64,000 nt of DNA from Chlorokybus atmophyticus (lineage: Eukaryota > Plantae > Mesostigma and Chlorokybus algae). The notes below the pieces were generated by a model. That model saw nothing but the letters and a program-made list of their open reading frames with translations, did not search any database and was not told the DNA's origin. The stretch lies in the NCBI GenBank assembly GCA_009103225.1, contig RHPI01002823.1, forward strand, positions 945,147 to 1,009,146. Reading direction: 5' to 3'. Of this stretch, positions 53,524 to 64,000 are shown one piece after another (within the stretch, counting starts at the first letter, position 1; every line of letters starts with the position of its first letter). The translations under genes were made by a program, and so were the position numbers.

Positions 53524-56319
53524 ATGCAACTTGCAGGCAGCATGCTTGCGGGAGGTGGCGGCGCCGCCTTCTCCGTGCTGTCGTCGGCCTCCACGTCCGC
53601 TCCCTTCGTGGCGTTTTCAGCCTTCTCTTGCCGTGGTCGTAGAGAGAGTGGCTGCGCTGTTTGCCGCCCCTGGGCGGCCGCTGCATGTAGGAGGGAGCAG
53701 ACGCTGCGCGCGTGCCGGTGGTCGTCAACCACAACGATGACGACGGCCATGACGACCGAGACCATGGCGGCACGTGGCAATCCGGCGCTGGCACCTGACG
53801 CTGCGGTCCAGAGCTATCCGCTGACTGAAGGGCAGAGTCAGCATGGCTCTGTGCCAATCGCTTGGACCATTGCTGGCTCAGACTCTGGTGGTGGCGCCGG
53901 CATTCAGGTGGAATGGCGCGCTTGCATGTTGTCACACTGTCGTGTTTGGTTAAGTGGCAATAGCAGTGCTGAGAGGTTTGTCACTGCGCCGCGCTGCCAG
54001 TGTTTGGAAGCCCTTGTTGCAATGCTTTGGCCGACCCAATACGCATGTGCATGATGAGCGTCGTTCCAATGCAGTGGGCTTTGTGTAAAATGTGTGTAAC
54101 GATACGTGTCAGCTGCACAGTATTTTACCACAGAAGAGGTCATGATGTTAAGTCACACTGGCACAGGCAGACGTGCAAGCGATGCGGTCTTTTGGTGTCC
54201 ACGCATGCACAGCACTCACTGCACTTACCGCGCAAAACACCCAAGGTGTGGCGCACGTCCAGCTGGCGTCGCCGGAACACCTACGAGCTACCTTGAAGGT
54301 ACATCTGTGTTGCATTCCTGTGGTAGACCGAAGGAGCTTGTTCATCTCTCGCACTGATTTTGTGTACCTTCCCAGGTGCTTGCTGATGATCTGCCTGCAA
54401 ATGCAGTCAAGCTCGGTATGTTGGGGAGTTCAGAGTTGGTAAACGTTGTTGCGGACTTCCTTGACACCTATCACGGCCCTGTGGTAAGTCATTCCCTTAC
54501 AAGTATGCGTTATCAGTGATTGCTTTGGGCGCTGCCAGAGTTGCGAAGGCAAGTCACATTGCGCAGGTTGTTGACCCAGTGATGGTGGCCACAAGTGGCG
54601 CATCTCTTCTAGCTGCCGGTGGAGAAACTGCCTACAGAGACAGGGTTTTTGGGCGTGCTACCATTCTGACACCCAACATCCCTGAGGCAGAACAACTGCT
54701 TGGCAAGCAGATTGCCTCAGTAGAGGACATGGAGTCGGCTGCCAAGGAGCTGCAGGTTAGTTGTCAAGCAATTGTTTCCCCTTGTATTGCGTGCGTGCTG
54801 CTGCAACTGGGTGGGCCCTTATGACGACAATGTAGAGACGGGCGGGCAGAACTGATGCCATGTTGAGACATGTCTCTTTGCTGAAGGGTGCAGCCACCAT
54901 GGCTTTCAAGGTTTGCTCTTTTGAATGTGCAATTACAGACAGTCTCATATGCTTGCAGGCTATGGGTCCCGAAAGTGTGTTGATCAAGGGAGGTCATCAG
55001 CTGGGCTCGAAGGTGTGCTCCTGCATTAGCATGTTGACCCGAAACATGCTGCAGCTTTTGTAGATAGCTGTACCTGACCAATGGCTACGTGCACTAGGAC
55101 AGTGCTTACGCCCAGGACTGTCACTATGATGGCCATCAGACACGGTGGTTGACATATGTACGTGTCCCCGGCGGTGGTGCCCATGGCTCAGGGTGTACCC
55201 TTGCAAGTGCAGCTGCTGCTGGTCTCGCTAAAGGACAACCTGTGCTTGACTCCATTGTCGCTGCCAAGGTCCGTTGCCATATGGCATGTGCTGTCGTTCA
55301 GTCATCAGCTTGGGACGCAACACTCTTGGCATGCCTGGGTTGAGCCAGTACAGTTTGCTTGATCGCAATTGTACCCACAGTATGATGCAGGCGTATGTGA
55401 CGCGAGGAGTTTTGCGAGCGCATGATGGCCCGCGTTTGTCAACAGCAAGGGGACCTCAACCAGTCGCACCAACAAGCTGGCCACCAGAAGATGGCGTTGG
55501 GTTTCCATGGATAACTGACACTGCCCATGCGGGACGCTTTGATGAGCTTGACAGCAGCGGCTTCAAGAAAGTCACTGCAGAAGAGCTGGGATTCTATGTC
55601 ATACTAGATAGCACGGAGCTGTTGCCTGGCCTTTTTGATGCTGGCGTGCGAACTGTGCAGGTATGTTGCGACATGGTCACTTGGCAATGATTGGCGTTGT
55701 GCTGCAGCTGCCTGGACTTGTGTCATAATATCTTATGATGAAACACTTGCAGATTCGCATCAAAGATGACGGCAAGGCCGGCAGTTCCTCTGAGCCCTTG
55801 TCTGAGCGATTGGCAGCTGTGACAGAAGACGCTTTAACAATTGCAAAGACCAAAGGCATTTGTGACGCCCGCATCATTGTCAATGACGATTGGCGCGTTG
55901 CGTTGCAGCTGAGACCGAAAGGCGTGTGGGGGCTGCATTTGGGACAAAGCGACTTGCCCGGGGCAGATCTGAAAGCCTTGCGCGAGGCTGGATTGGTGCT
56001 TGGAGTCAGCTCTGGTTCAATATCAGAGCTGGCGATTGCACTAGGCACAAGACCCTCCTACATCGCAGTGGGCTCGGTTTATGCAACCATATCAAAGGAG
56101 ACGAAAGCACCTGTGGGGCTGTCGGCGGTGCGGTTTTGGCGCGCAGTCATCCCTAGGGATGTGCCCATTGTGGCAATTGGGGGTATTGGAACTGATCAAG
56201 CCCAAGATGTTCTGTCTTTGGGCGCGGACTCTATTGCTGTCATCTCCGCCATCACGCACGCACCTGATCCACCAGCTGCTGCTAGGAGATGGTTGCAGTT
56301 CTGGCAAAGATCATGGTAG
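53524..56319 (+). CDS. thiDE: Bifunctional HMP(-P) kinase / thiamine-phosphate synthase (ThiD-ThiE fusion) with N-terminal targeting peptide, about 8 exons
   Basis: ThiD: WTIAGSDSGGGAGIQAD, TALTAQNT, VVDPVMVATSG, LTPNIPEA, VLIKGGH, HGSGCTLA. ThiE: VQIRIK, VNDDW, GLHLGQSD, PIVAIGGI, IAVISAI. Confidence 0.92.
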
Positions 56320-58664
56320 TGTGTAGAATGCAGCAAACAGCTGCTCTTGAGTAAGTGTTGTGCCCACGGTTGCAAGCCAGATGTTTTCCGTATGGTGCGC
56401 TTTGGAAGTAATGGGGGATGGTGCAATTTTTCTCCTTGTATTAAGGCAGTGGCGACATGCCTTAGTGTTTGCACTCTGCGTGCACTCTGAGTCCAGGGCA
56501 GGTGATTACTGGTGCATATTAGTCATGCATGCCTGCATGACTAACAGGGTGTAAGCGCTAGTGTTGGTAATGATCTAGGTAGCGTTGCTGCGTAGTTGTG
56601 TTGTCATATGCACAAAGGTTGTTTCTTCCTGCCGTCTGTGGCGCTTGTCGCTGCATGCGCTATGCATGGGCAATCTACTACGCATCTTTTGATATGCTGC
56701 GGCATGTTCAATTACCACCACATTATTGCCAATTTCAACCGACTGCGGCTCTGAAGCAATCGCATCTATTAATCGGTAAACCGGTAAACCAATGATTGCA
56801 TTGAAGTGCCCGTTTGCGCCATTCATGCGCAAAAGGCGATGTGCCGGCTTTTGCCCTAATCATCGCGATTGCTAGCCACCATTCATAGTGATTGGGTATC
56901 ACCACGGTCACTTGCAAACAGCAATAACATAGAGAATTGTCTTCAGCACAACTTGGTGACGAAGCCTGTGTGCGAGCACTTGCGCATGCATGCGATTCTT
57001 CCACGAAACCCGTTAATGTCACTGCATCAAAGGAGTTAGATCTGAGTGAACACAGTGGCATTGGAGTATGACAGTCCCAGCGATACCAGTCGGTTGTGGG
57101 TGGTGGGTGGAGGGTTTGGGGTCAACGGCTGGCGGAGTATGTAAAAGATGCAAATGGGAACTCGCACATGCAAACCTTTGTAAACATGCAATGTCACACA
57201 ACAAGCACTCACCAACTCAACCACTGGACAGGCGCATGCATGCTAACTACTAACTACCCCTACCACTACCACTACGGCTCCCGATTAGGTATGCATGCAT
57301 GCATGGCAATCGCAGTCATCTGCACCACGGCTGTTAGTGGCCCATCCTTGCAACATTAGCAACAGCAGCAATCACAAAACAAACGATTGGACTCCCCCTC
57401 CCCCACACCGCCGTCGTCACCGACTCCGATTACTTTGCGTCATTCGCTCTGCCGCAACTCCACATTGGGTTGGGGTTGCACCATTGGCGCGCAACATGCA
57501 TCCGCACGCACGGCATGTCGTACACTCCCAAAGCCACCTGCATCGTTGAATTGGTTGCTATGCTCCTCACACGGGCGGACGGATTTGCTCCCCATGTAGT
57601 CGTAGTCAGTGTAGTCCTCATCATGAGCACTGCCATGCATGGCGAACTATGCTGGTCGTCATGTCTTGTCGAGTAAGCTGAAGGGTACAAAAGGGGATGG
57701 GTAAGTAAGGGAGTGTAAGGTATAGGCTCATGTCATGTTGCTTGCAATGTGCTGGTGATGGTGGCTGCTCTAGTGCGTTAGACTTTAGTGGTGCCTCGCT
57801 TTTGCATAAAGGCACAGCACAAAGGTTGTATCTTATGATACGTATCATGTGCCAATCTGTACTCTGATAACTTGTGGGCAAACATGCACTTACATGTACG
57901 GCTCGTGGTAACTGGCATTAATCAAAATCTTCTCTATATGACCGCATGCACGTGCACACTTGCTTACGTGGGCATGAGAAGGTCTGTGGGTGTTAGCTTA
58001 TTGCATTAGCGCGCACGCGTGCATGTGACAGCTACGATTAGCAGCTTTGTATGGCGCAAACGTGCATATGTTTTTCAAACATAAGCGAACACTGACAGGC
58101 ATGAGGTTAAGTCATTTTGTTGTATCATTGTGCTTTATGTGGGTGCTTCTGATCATTTGACTTTAAGTCGTTCATCGTTTTCTGCATGCAATGGCACAAT
58201 ACAGAGATAATCGATTGTACTCATTTTATTTGGTATATGGGTTTATCTTGTGCAAAACACTCATTGATTTGCACCAATATGATTACAACAGAGCTCGAAT
58301 CATTTGCGCTTCCGTGCATCTCACGCGATTACATGCATGGTTCGCTCCGCCGGTGTCGATTCAAAGCACTTTAGCAGTCAAGTCTGCAATAAGCATGAGC
58401 ATGTCCCTAGCTGGCATGATGGCACTCTTCGCACCGATGCGCTTCCGTCGCAATCAGCATTGGTAGCCCCCAAACACGTCAGGGCTCAAGCGTCAACCGT
58501 TGCCGTTTTTGTGGCACGCCATATAATGAACATGTGTTGCAGCAATAAAAAACCATATTTGGCAAGTGCACGCTGCCAAACAACAAGCAGCAACATCAAT
58601 TTGCATGCTGCCTGCTGGACGACAAGATCATGTCACTGGCGTTGATAGGAATGCATTGAATAAG

Positions 58665-58923
58665 TGTAACGGGAAGTTACATTAATTGACCACAACTCGA
58701 CCATAAAAGCACCAAGTCTTTTGTGGTCGAGTGTGACATTGGTATTAGAGGGCCGGTAACCGACCCTCATCAGACCCCTTGGATGATTCCCCAGCTGATG
58801 GGAGCCAGCTGCCGAGGACGTCAGCGTGCGTATGTGGGGGGGAATGTAACGGGAAAGTACATTATATTACCACAAATCGACCATAAAAGTACCAAGTCTT
58901 TTGTGGTCGAGTGGGCTATGACA
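58665..58923 (+). mobile_element. TRIM-like miniature LTR retroelement
   Basis: Two similar 74/79-bp TGTAAC...GACA repeats (58665-58738 and 58845-58923); iMet-type PBS TGGTATTAGAG at 58740-58750; purine tract GGGGGGGAA at 58836-58844; no ORF and no TSD. Confidence 0.6.
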
Positions 58924-59729
58924 TTGGTCATCGGAGCTTGAGACCCGATTCCTGCCTTGCACACGAACTTCGTGGTCGTTTTTTCGATCCAGTAATATCG
59001 TAAATGGTCACTTCATAAGTGCCATCATAGATGGGTTGCGACTTGCCTAATGTCGCAAATTTTTCGGCATGATTGAGTAGGGATTAAGGGACTGACCCCG
59101 CCTGACCCTAACGGACCCTAACGACTTGGGGCCATAACGGGACTGAGTGGATTGCCGATGCGTATCAAGGACATTTAGCAATGGCCGGCCGCTTGTCATA
59201 CGCGATACTGGACTGGTTGCCGGTCATGACCTTCAAGCAACTTGAGATGACGGCCGACCGTCAATTGTACAGGACACGCGGCGGCTATCTATTTATAATA
59301 GCAATTAGGTGACCTCTCGGGCCGCTAATGGCGACAAATGATACCCATCAATCCCCTTTTACCGGCGGCCGGCCACCGACCGTACAAAGCCCGTGGCGGC
59401 AACATGTCCAAAATGGTAAGCAAGTCTCCGCTTAATCCCAACTTAGGGACGAGCGATGGCAGCGAGTTGGGACAGTGACATAAAAGTCCGGAATAGTTAA
59501 CTGGAACACTTAATGGACTTATGGTACCATTGCGATGGTACTATTGTACCATGGCACAATCGTCCTAGTTAATAGTACGATAGCGCCATTGAAGCCGTTG
59601 AGCGTTTGAAATGCTGCTGCTGCCCAAGTAGCAACGCTTCAAACGCACAACGGCTTTAAGCAAGTCGGGCAGGTGGGCGGCGGCGGCGGCGGCGGCGGTG
59701 GCAGTGGCAGTGGCGGTGGCGGCGACGGC

Positions 59730-61039
59730 TGTTACGCCGTGCAGTGGGTAATTATCACTTAAAACTATGTACAGTGATCACACACTTTACATGTAGTGAC
59801 TGTACACTCCCTTAACCACCTTTCGTTGAATGAACAACTACTTGGCAACTTAAGGGTTATGGTCACCTAGCTTAGGTACCCCTACCTTAGCCCCAAAAGC
59901 CCAGAGCTCAAGTCGTGCGACGGCTACCCTCCACCCGCGACTGGCTCCTTTTTTATGGCGAAATCCATCGCCATGAGCTTTACTAGGAACTATCTTGGCT
60001 AAGACCTACTTGGTTCAAAGCCCCCTACCAGATCCCCATTCACTCACCCAATTGATTAGTTTAGTTCACCTGGCATTAATTCACTGGCATTCTGCAAAGT
60101 GACCAATAATGCTAATCCGCGATTTTTGTGCTTGCGGCCATGGCAGACGGCGCTGTCACGCGCTGCGTATCGGCACACGCGGGAGGGGGCAAATGCCTTA
60201 GCCGATTTTCTGTCGCGACGTCGCGTCGCGAAGTGATCTAATAGTTGATTCACTTGTGAATCAACTTTAGTTCACTACCTTGTCGGCTTTATGAATCACT
60301 CTGCTAGTGAACTAACTTAGTTCACCGGTGCTTCACTTTTGGCTCCCTCTTCTATTAGTCCCCCCATATTAGGGTGATTCACTTAGTTCACTTAGTTCAC
60401 TACGAACCCTTAGTGAACTACTTTAGTTCATGTTCGTAATTGAACCAGTGAACTATTTTAGTTCACTTACGAACCCCTAGTGAACTATTATAGTTCATGT
60501 TCGTAACTGAACTAGTGAACTAATTTAGTTCACTATGTTGATTCACTTCGCAGGTGAATCAACCCCTTCGCGAACTCATTTCGCGAAGTCCTTTTTGTTC
60601 ACCCTAGGTAGGCTACTTCGCTCTATTCATCTGATTCAAATAAGCCGCCTTGGATTGGCCTAAATGAACCTTATAATTACACATGCTTTTTCCTATGATG
60701 TTTCACACGATTGGCCCCATAAGCCCACATCGCGTTAATAAATCAGTATACTAGAGCCATGTGCTTTTATCTTCCTACTCAAGACGCCCATACATTCATG
60801 AATAGGGTAATTCCTAGTCAACCACTTCTAATTAGATGCATGCAAATGCTCTAACTAGCCAGACCTATAATTAGCGTTGCACTGTATTCGTGTTAAAGCT
60901 CAAACACAAACACACGCATTCAAAGCTTTTATAACAAACCAAGATAATCCAACCAAGGTTCATTAAACTTTTGTCTCTCGCGCTAATTAAACTTATATAT
61001 ACACTGTACATGACCAGCTGTAGTAGCTAGGCCGTAACA
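59730..61039 (-). repeat. Putative 3' LTR of the chromovirus (~1.3 kb)
   Basis: Right boundary fixed by the PPT; left boundary inferred from a 7/8 inverted terminal match only. Confidence 0.55.
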
Positions 61040-61198
61040 ATGCCCCCCCTTCAGTTATTGAGCGTCTCTGCTCAATTCCTTTCTCCACGCTTTCCAACCT
61101 AGGGAAACAAGCCATGATCAGTAACTTGAAAGGTCAAAACGTGGAACTACTTCTAAAGGCGGGAAATATATATTTTCAGAAATGGACCTACCTGGACT

Positions 61199-63743
61199 TC
61201 ATCCTTGGGCAACCGTTAGCTCCCTCCAATATTTCTTTATCAGAAGCGGTGATCGCATGTTGGGTTCGTCAACCCATTCACATGCTTCGAACGGATGACC
61301 CTTCCATTTCACAAAGTAACTGGGAGATCTGCCTTTCCGGCCTTTGTGGGTTATTATACCCTCAACTTCATACTCCCAATCTCCTTCTATAAACATTGGG
61401 GGGGGTGGTGGCTGCACCGACCCATCTGAGTGATAGGCTCTCAATAGCGAGGCATGAAATACATTATGTATGTTAAGACTCGGTGGCAATTCTAACTTGA
61501 ATGCCACAGCCCCTATCTTTTCTACTACCTTAAATGGTCCAAGCCATCGGGGTAATAGTTTTCGGGCCCCATCGAGAGACTCCATCCTCACATTCTTTGT
61601 GCTAAGTAGGACTTCTTGTCCCACTTCAAACACGGCCTCTGCCCTCTTGGCATCGGCATATTGACGCATACGATTTTGGGTTGCTAATAAGGCCCTCTTG
61701 GCCTCATTTTGCACCTGCCCTAATCGTTGAGCCAAAATTTGAGCCGAGGGGTTGACTCTTTTCCTAGCCCCCATATTCTCTATTAAAGCCTCAACTGGAC
61801 TCAATGGATGGCGGCCATAACTAATATAAAATGGTGTCATCCCCGTTGACTCATTCACTGAATCATTGATGGCATACTCAACGAAAGGGAGATATGTATC
61901 CCAATCTCCAATATTCTTTAGTGCGTAATGCCTCAATAGTTGTTCCACTGTCTGATTCACACGCTCGGTTTGCCCATCTGTTTGAGGATGAAACGCGGTG
62001 GATAACTTATTATCCAAATTTAATATATCACATAATTCACGCCAAAAGGCGGAAGTGAACCGCGAATCCCTATCCGAAATCATATCCACGGGCATCCCAT
62101 GTTGTGAGTACCATCTCCTAAAAAAGGCATGGGCAAAATCCTCGCCCGTAAATTTTGGAGGAGTTGGTTCTAAGTGAACAACCTTACTAAACCGGTCTAC
62201 AAACACAACCATTCCATTATTCCCTTTTACCGTTTTAGGTAATTGGACTATGAAGTCAACAGACATTGACTTCCAAGCCCCCTCTGGTATGGGCAAAGGT
62301 TGTAATTTCCCGGCTGGTTTTGTCCTTACGAATTTAATCCTTTGGCATGAGTCACAATTTTTTACAAAATTTTCGACATCAATTCTTAAGGTCGGCCACC
62401 AATACCTCCTAGCCAAAGACTCGGTAGTTTTCCTTATACCAAAGTGGCCACGGTAAGGGGGATTATGTGATTCTTCAATCACTTTTGACCTAAGTGACCC
62501 ATCCATTAGAACCGCAATCTTTTCTTCATCTTTATACAAAAATGCCCCATGTGGTTTTAACACTTGGTTGAATTTCAAAAGGAACTCCGGGCAATTAGTA
62601 TAACTTGCGATTATTTGGTTAGGAATGTCACTCACATAATCCAATGCAAGTAACGCCAAATCCTCGGATAATGCGGGATGCCTACTTAAAGGATCTGCCG
62701 CATTTATCCTACCTGGCCTATATTCCCAATCAAAATCATATCGCACCAAATACTCATGCCACCTTACTTGGCGTCGCGACAAGTTAGGTTGCGTATTTAG
62801 GTGCACTAAGGGTTTGTGATCAGTTATCACCTTAAAATGTCTCCCCTCTAAGTAACACCTCCATCTATGCAACGCTTTCACAACATCTAATAATTCCTGA
62901 TCGGTGGTTGAGTAATTCTTCTCCGCGGGCTTATACTTGAAACTCTCAAAGGCTACTGGATGCCCCTCTTGCACTAGTATAGCCCCGGTTCCTGCCAAAG
63001 AGGCATCACTTATCACCTCAAATGGCTTGTCCATTTCCGGCAACTTCAATATCAGAAGTGAGGTCATAGCAGCCTTAAGCCTTTCAAAGGCTTGTTGCTC
63101 CTTAGGACCCCATTCGAAGGGTTTTCGGGTACTTGTCAAAGTGGTGAGTGGGGCGGCTATAATTGAATAGCCTAAAATAAAACGGCGGAACCATAGGCAA
63201 AAACCCAAGAATTTCTGTAACTCCGTTACATTCTTAGGAACTGCCTAGTCTTTAACCCTTTCGAGTTTCTTAGGATCGCCTTTTATTCCTTCTTCACTCA
63301 CAATATTACCCAAGTACTCTACTTCCCTAGCAAAGAAGTCACACTTCTTGAAATTCGCCAAGAACTTATGCTCCCTTAACCTACTCAAGGCTTTTCGTAA
63401 ATGAAGCACATGTTCCTCTTTTGTACTTGAAAATACAATAACATCATCCAAGTACACTAGGACGAATTTCCCTACCTCCTTTTTGAATACTTCATTCATT
63501 ACCGCTTGGAATGTGGCCGGCGCATTGCACAAGCCAAATGGCATCACCGTATATTCATAATGACCCATAGGGGTTTTAAACCCTGTCTTATACCTATCTT
63601 CTATCGCGATAGGTATTTGGTGATAACCACTAGTTAGGTCGAGGGTGCTAAACCACGACTTCCCAACTAGTTGATCATACAAATCATCCAAACGCGGTAA
63701 GGGGAAGGCATTCATCACCGTTTGTGCATGTAATGACCTATAA
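61199..63743 (-). pseudogene. pol: Pol (RT, RNase H, integrase, chromodomain) with one in-frame stop
   Basis: FPLPRLDDL, LDLTSGYHQI, MPFGLCNAPATFQ, VYLDDV; SDAS...YSTTDQELL; H..GHFG, CDSCQ, VDFIVQLP, SDRDSRF, HPQTDGQTERVNQ; EYEVEGI...YFVKWKGH...WVDEPN. TAG replaces Trp at 63245-63247 and the frame continues. Confidence 0.93.
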
Positions 63744-64000
63744 TGTAACGATGCTCGTGCTCACATACACAGCACACAAGTCATACAACACATGTGTGCA
63801 GCTGAGCACAATCTTCACACCGGAACCTTGCCTTCACTCGCGCACGCACGCACGCGTCGAGCGCGCACACGCACACGAACACTACTACTTCTCACGCCAA
63901 GCAAGAACGCAGCAGTGTGCCTTGGACCACAACTCCCTCAAGCATGCACCAGCATACTCACAGCAGAGAGCAGAAAACAAAGTTGGTTGCATTACACAGG
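63744..64000. mobile_element. Probable LTR end of a second element inserted into the RT domain
   Basis: RT coding (...YRSLHAQTV) stops abruptly at 63743; TGTAACG begins at 63744, with a switch to CA-rich non-coding sequence. Confidence 0.7.

Larger units (their letters stand above)
59730..63743 (-). mobile_element. Ty3/gypsy chromovirus LTR retrotransposon (3' half), interrupted in RT
   Basis: RT-RNaseH-integrase-chromodomain order; PPT GAAGGGGGG (61052-61043) next to an LTR starting TGTTACGG at 61039. The likely LTR end is TGTTACGC at 59730 (alternative 58845). Confidence 0.9.

Noticed and set aside
53940-54060. TPP riboswitch in thiDE intron 1 (GCTGAGA present)
   Set aside because: The downstream conserved elements (CCC..TGAACCTGA and the AGCG..GGGA-type closing stem) are absent here, in the other introns and in the 3' region.
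60244-60585. CRISPR array
   Set aside because: Spacers are short and repetitive, there are no cas genes, and the context is a eukaryotic LTR.
58845-61039. A single 2.2-kb LTR ending at 58845
   Set aside because: Not excluded but disfavoured: 59730 gives an equal or better terminal match, and the 58845 repeat has its own PPT and PBS in the opposite orientation.

Overview
Gene-dense, intron-rich nuclear region of a photosynthetic eukaryote using the standard code (about 50% GC, GT-AG and some GC-AG introns). The gene set (FLU, ILP1, SKIP17-like, FBN7-like) and telo-boxes suggest a green alga, probably streptophyte; this is inference. Left end: the 5' part of an LTR retrotransposon with apparent Tf1-type self-priming, two decayed F-box-like paralogues and a possible solo LTR. 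Core genes: SKIP17-like F-box/LRR, VDR, fibrillin FBN7-like, a GT29 sialyltransferase-like protein (N-gap inside its Ser-Pro repeat), ILP1/GCFC, phosphatidylserine synthase, FLU, tRNA-Pro(CGG), mitochondrial CPN60, plastid G6PD, PRP31, an unknown coiled-coil gene and a ThiD-ThiE fusion. Nearly all sit in head-to-head pairs. Right end: a TRIM-like mini-retroelement and a chromodomain-bearing Ty3/gypsy element whose LTR carries a dyad-palindrome array and whose RT is cut by a second LTR. Most notable: the self-priming architecture, the proteobacterial-type (not land-plant TH1-type) ThiDE, the TRIM-like element and the palindrome array. No CRISPR array or rRNA seen. Exon boundaries were read by hand and family calls come from recalled motifs, not database searches.
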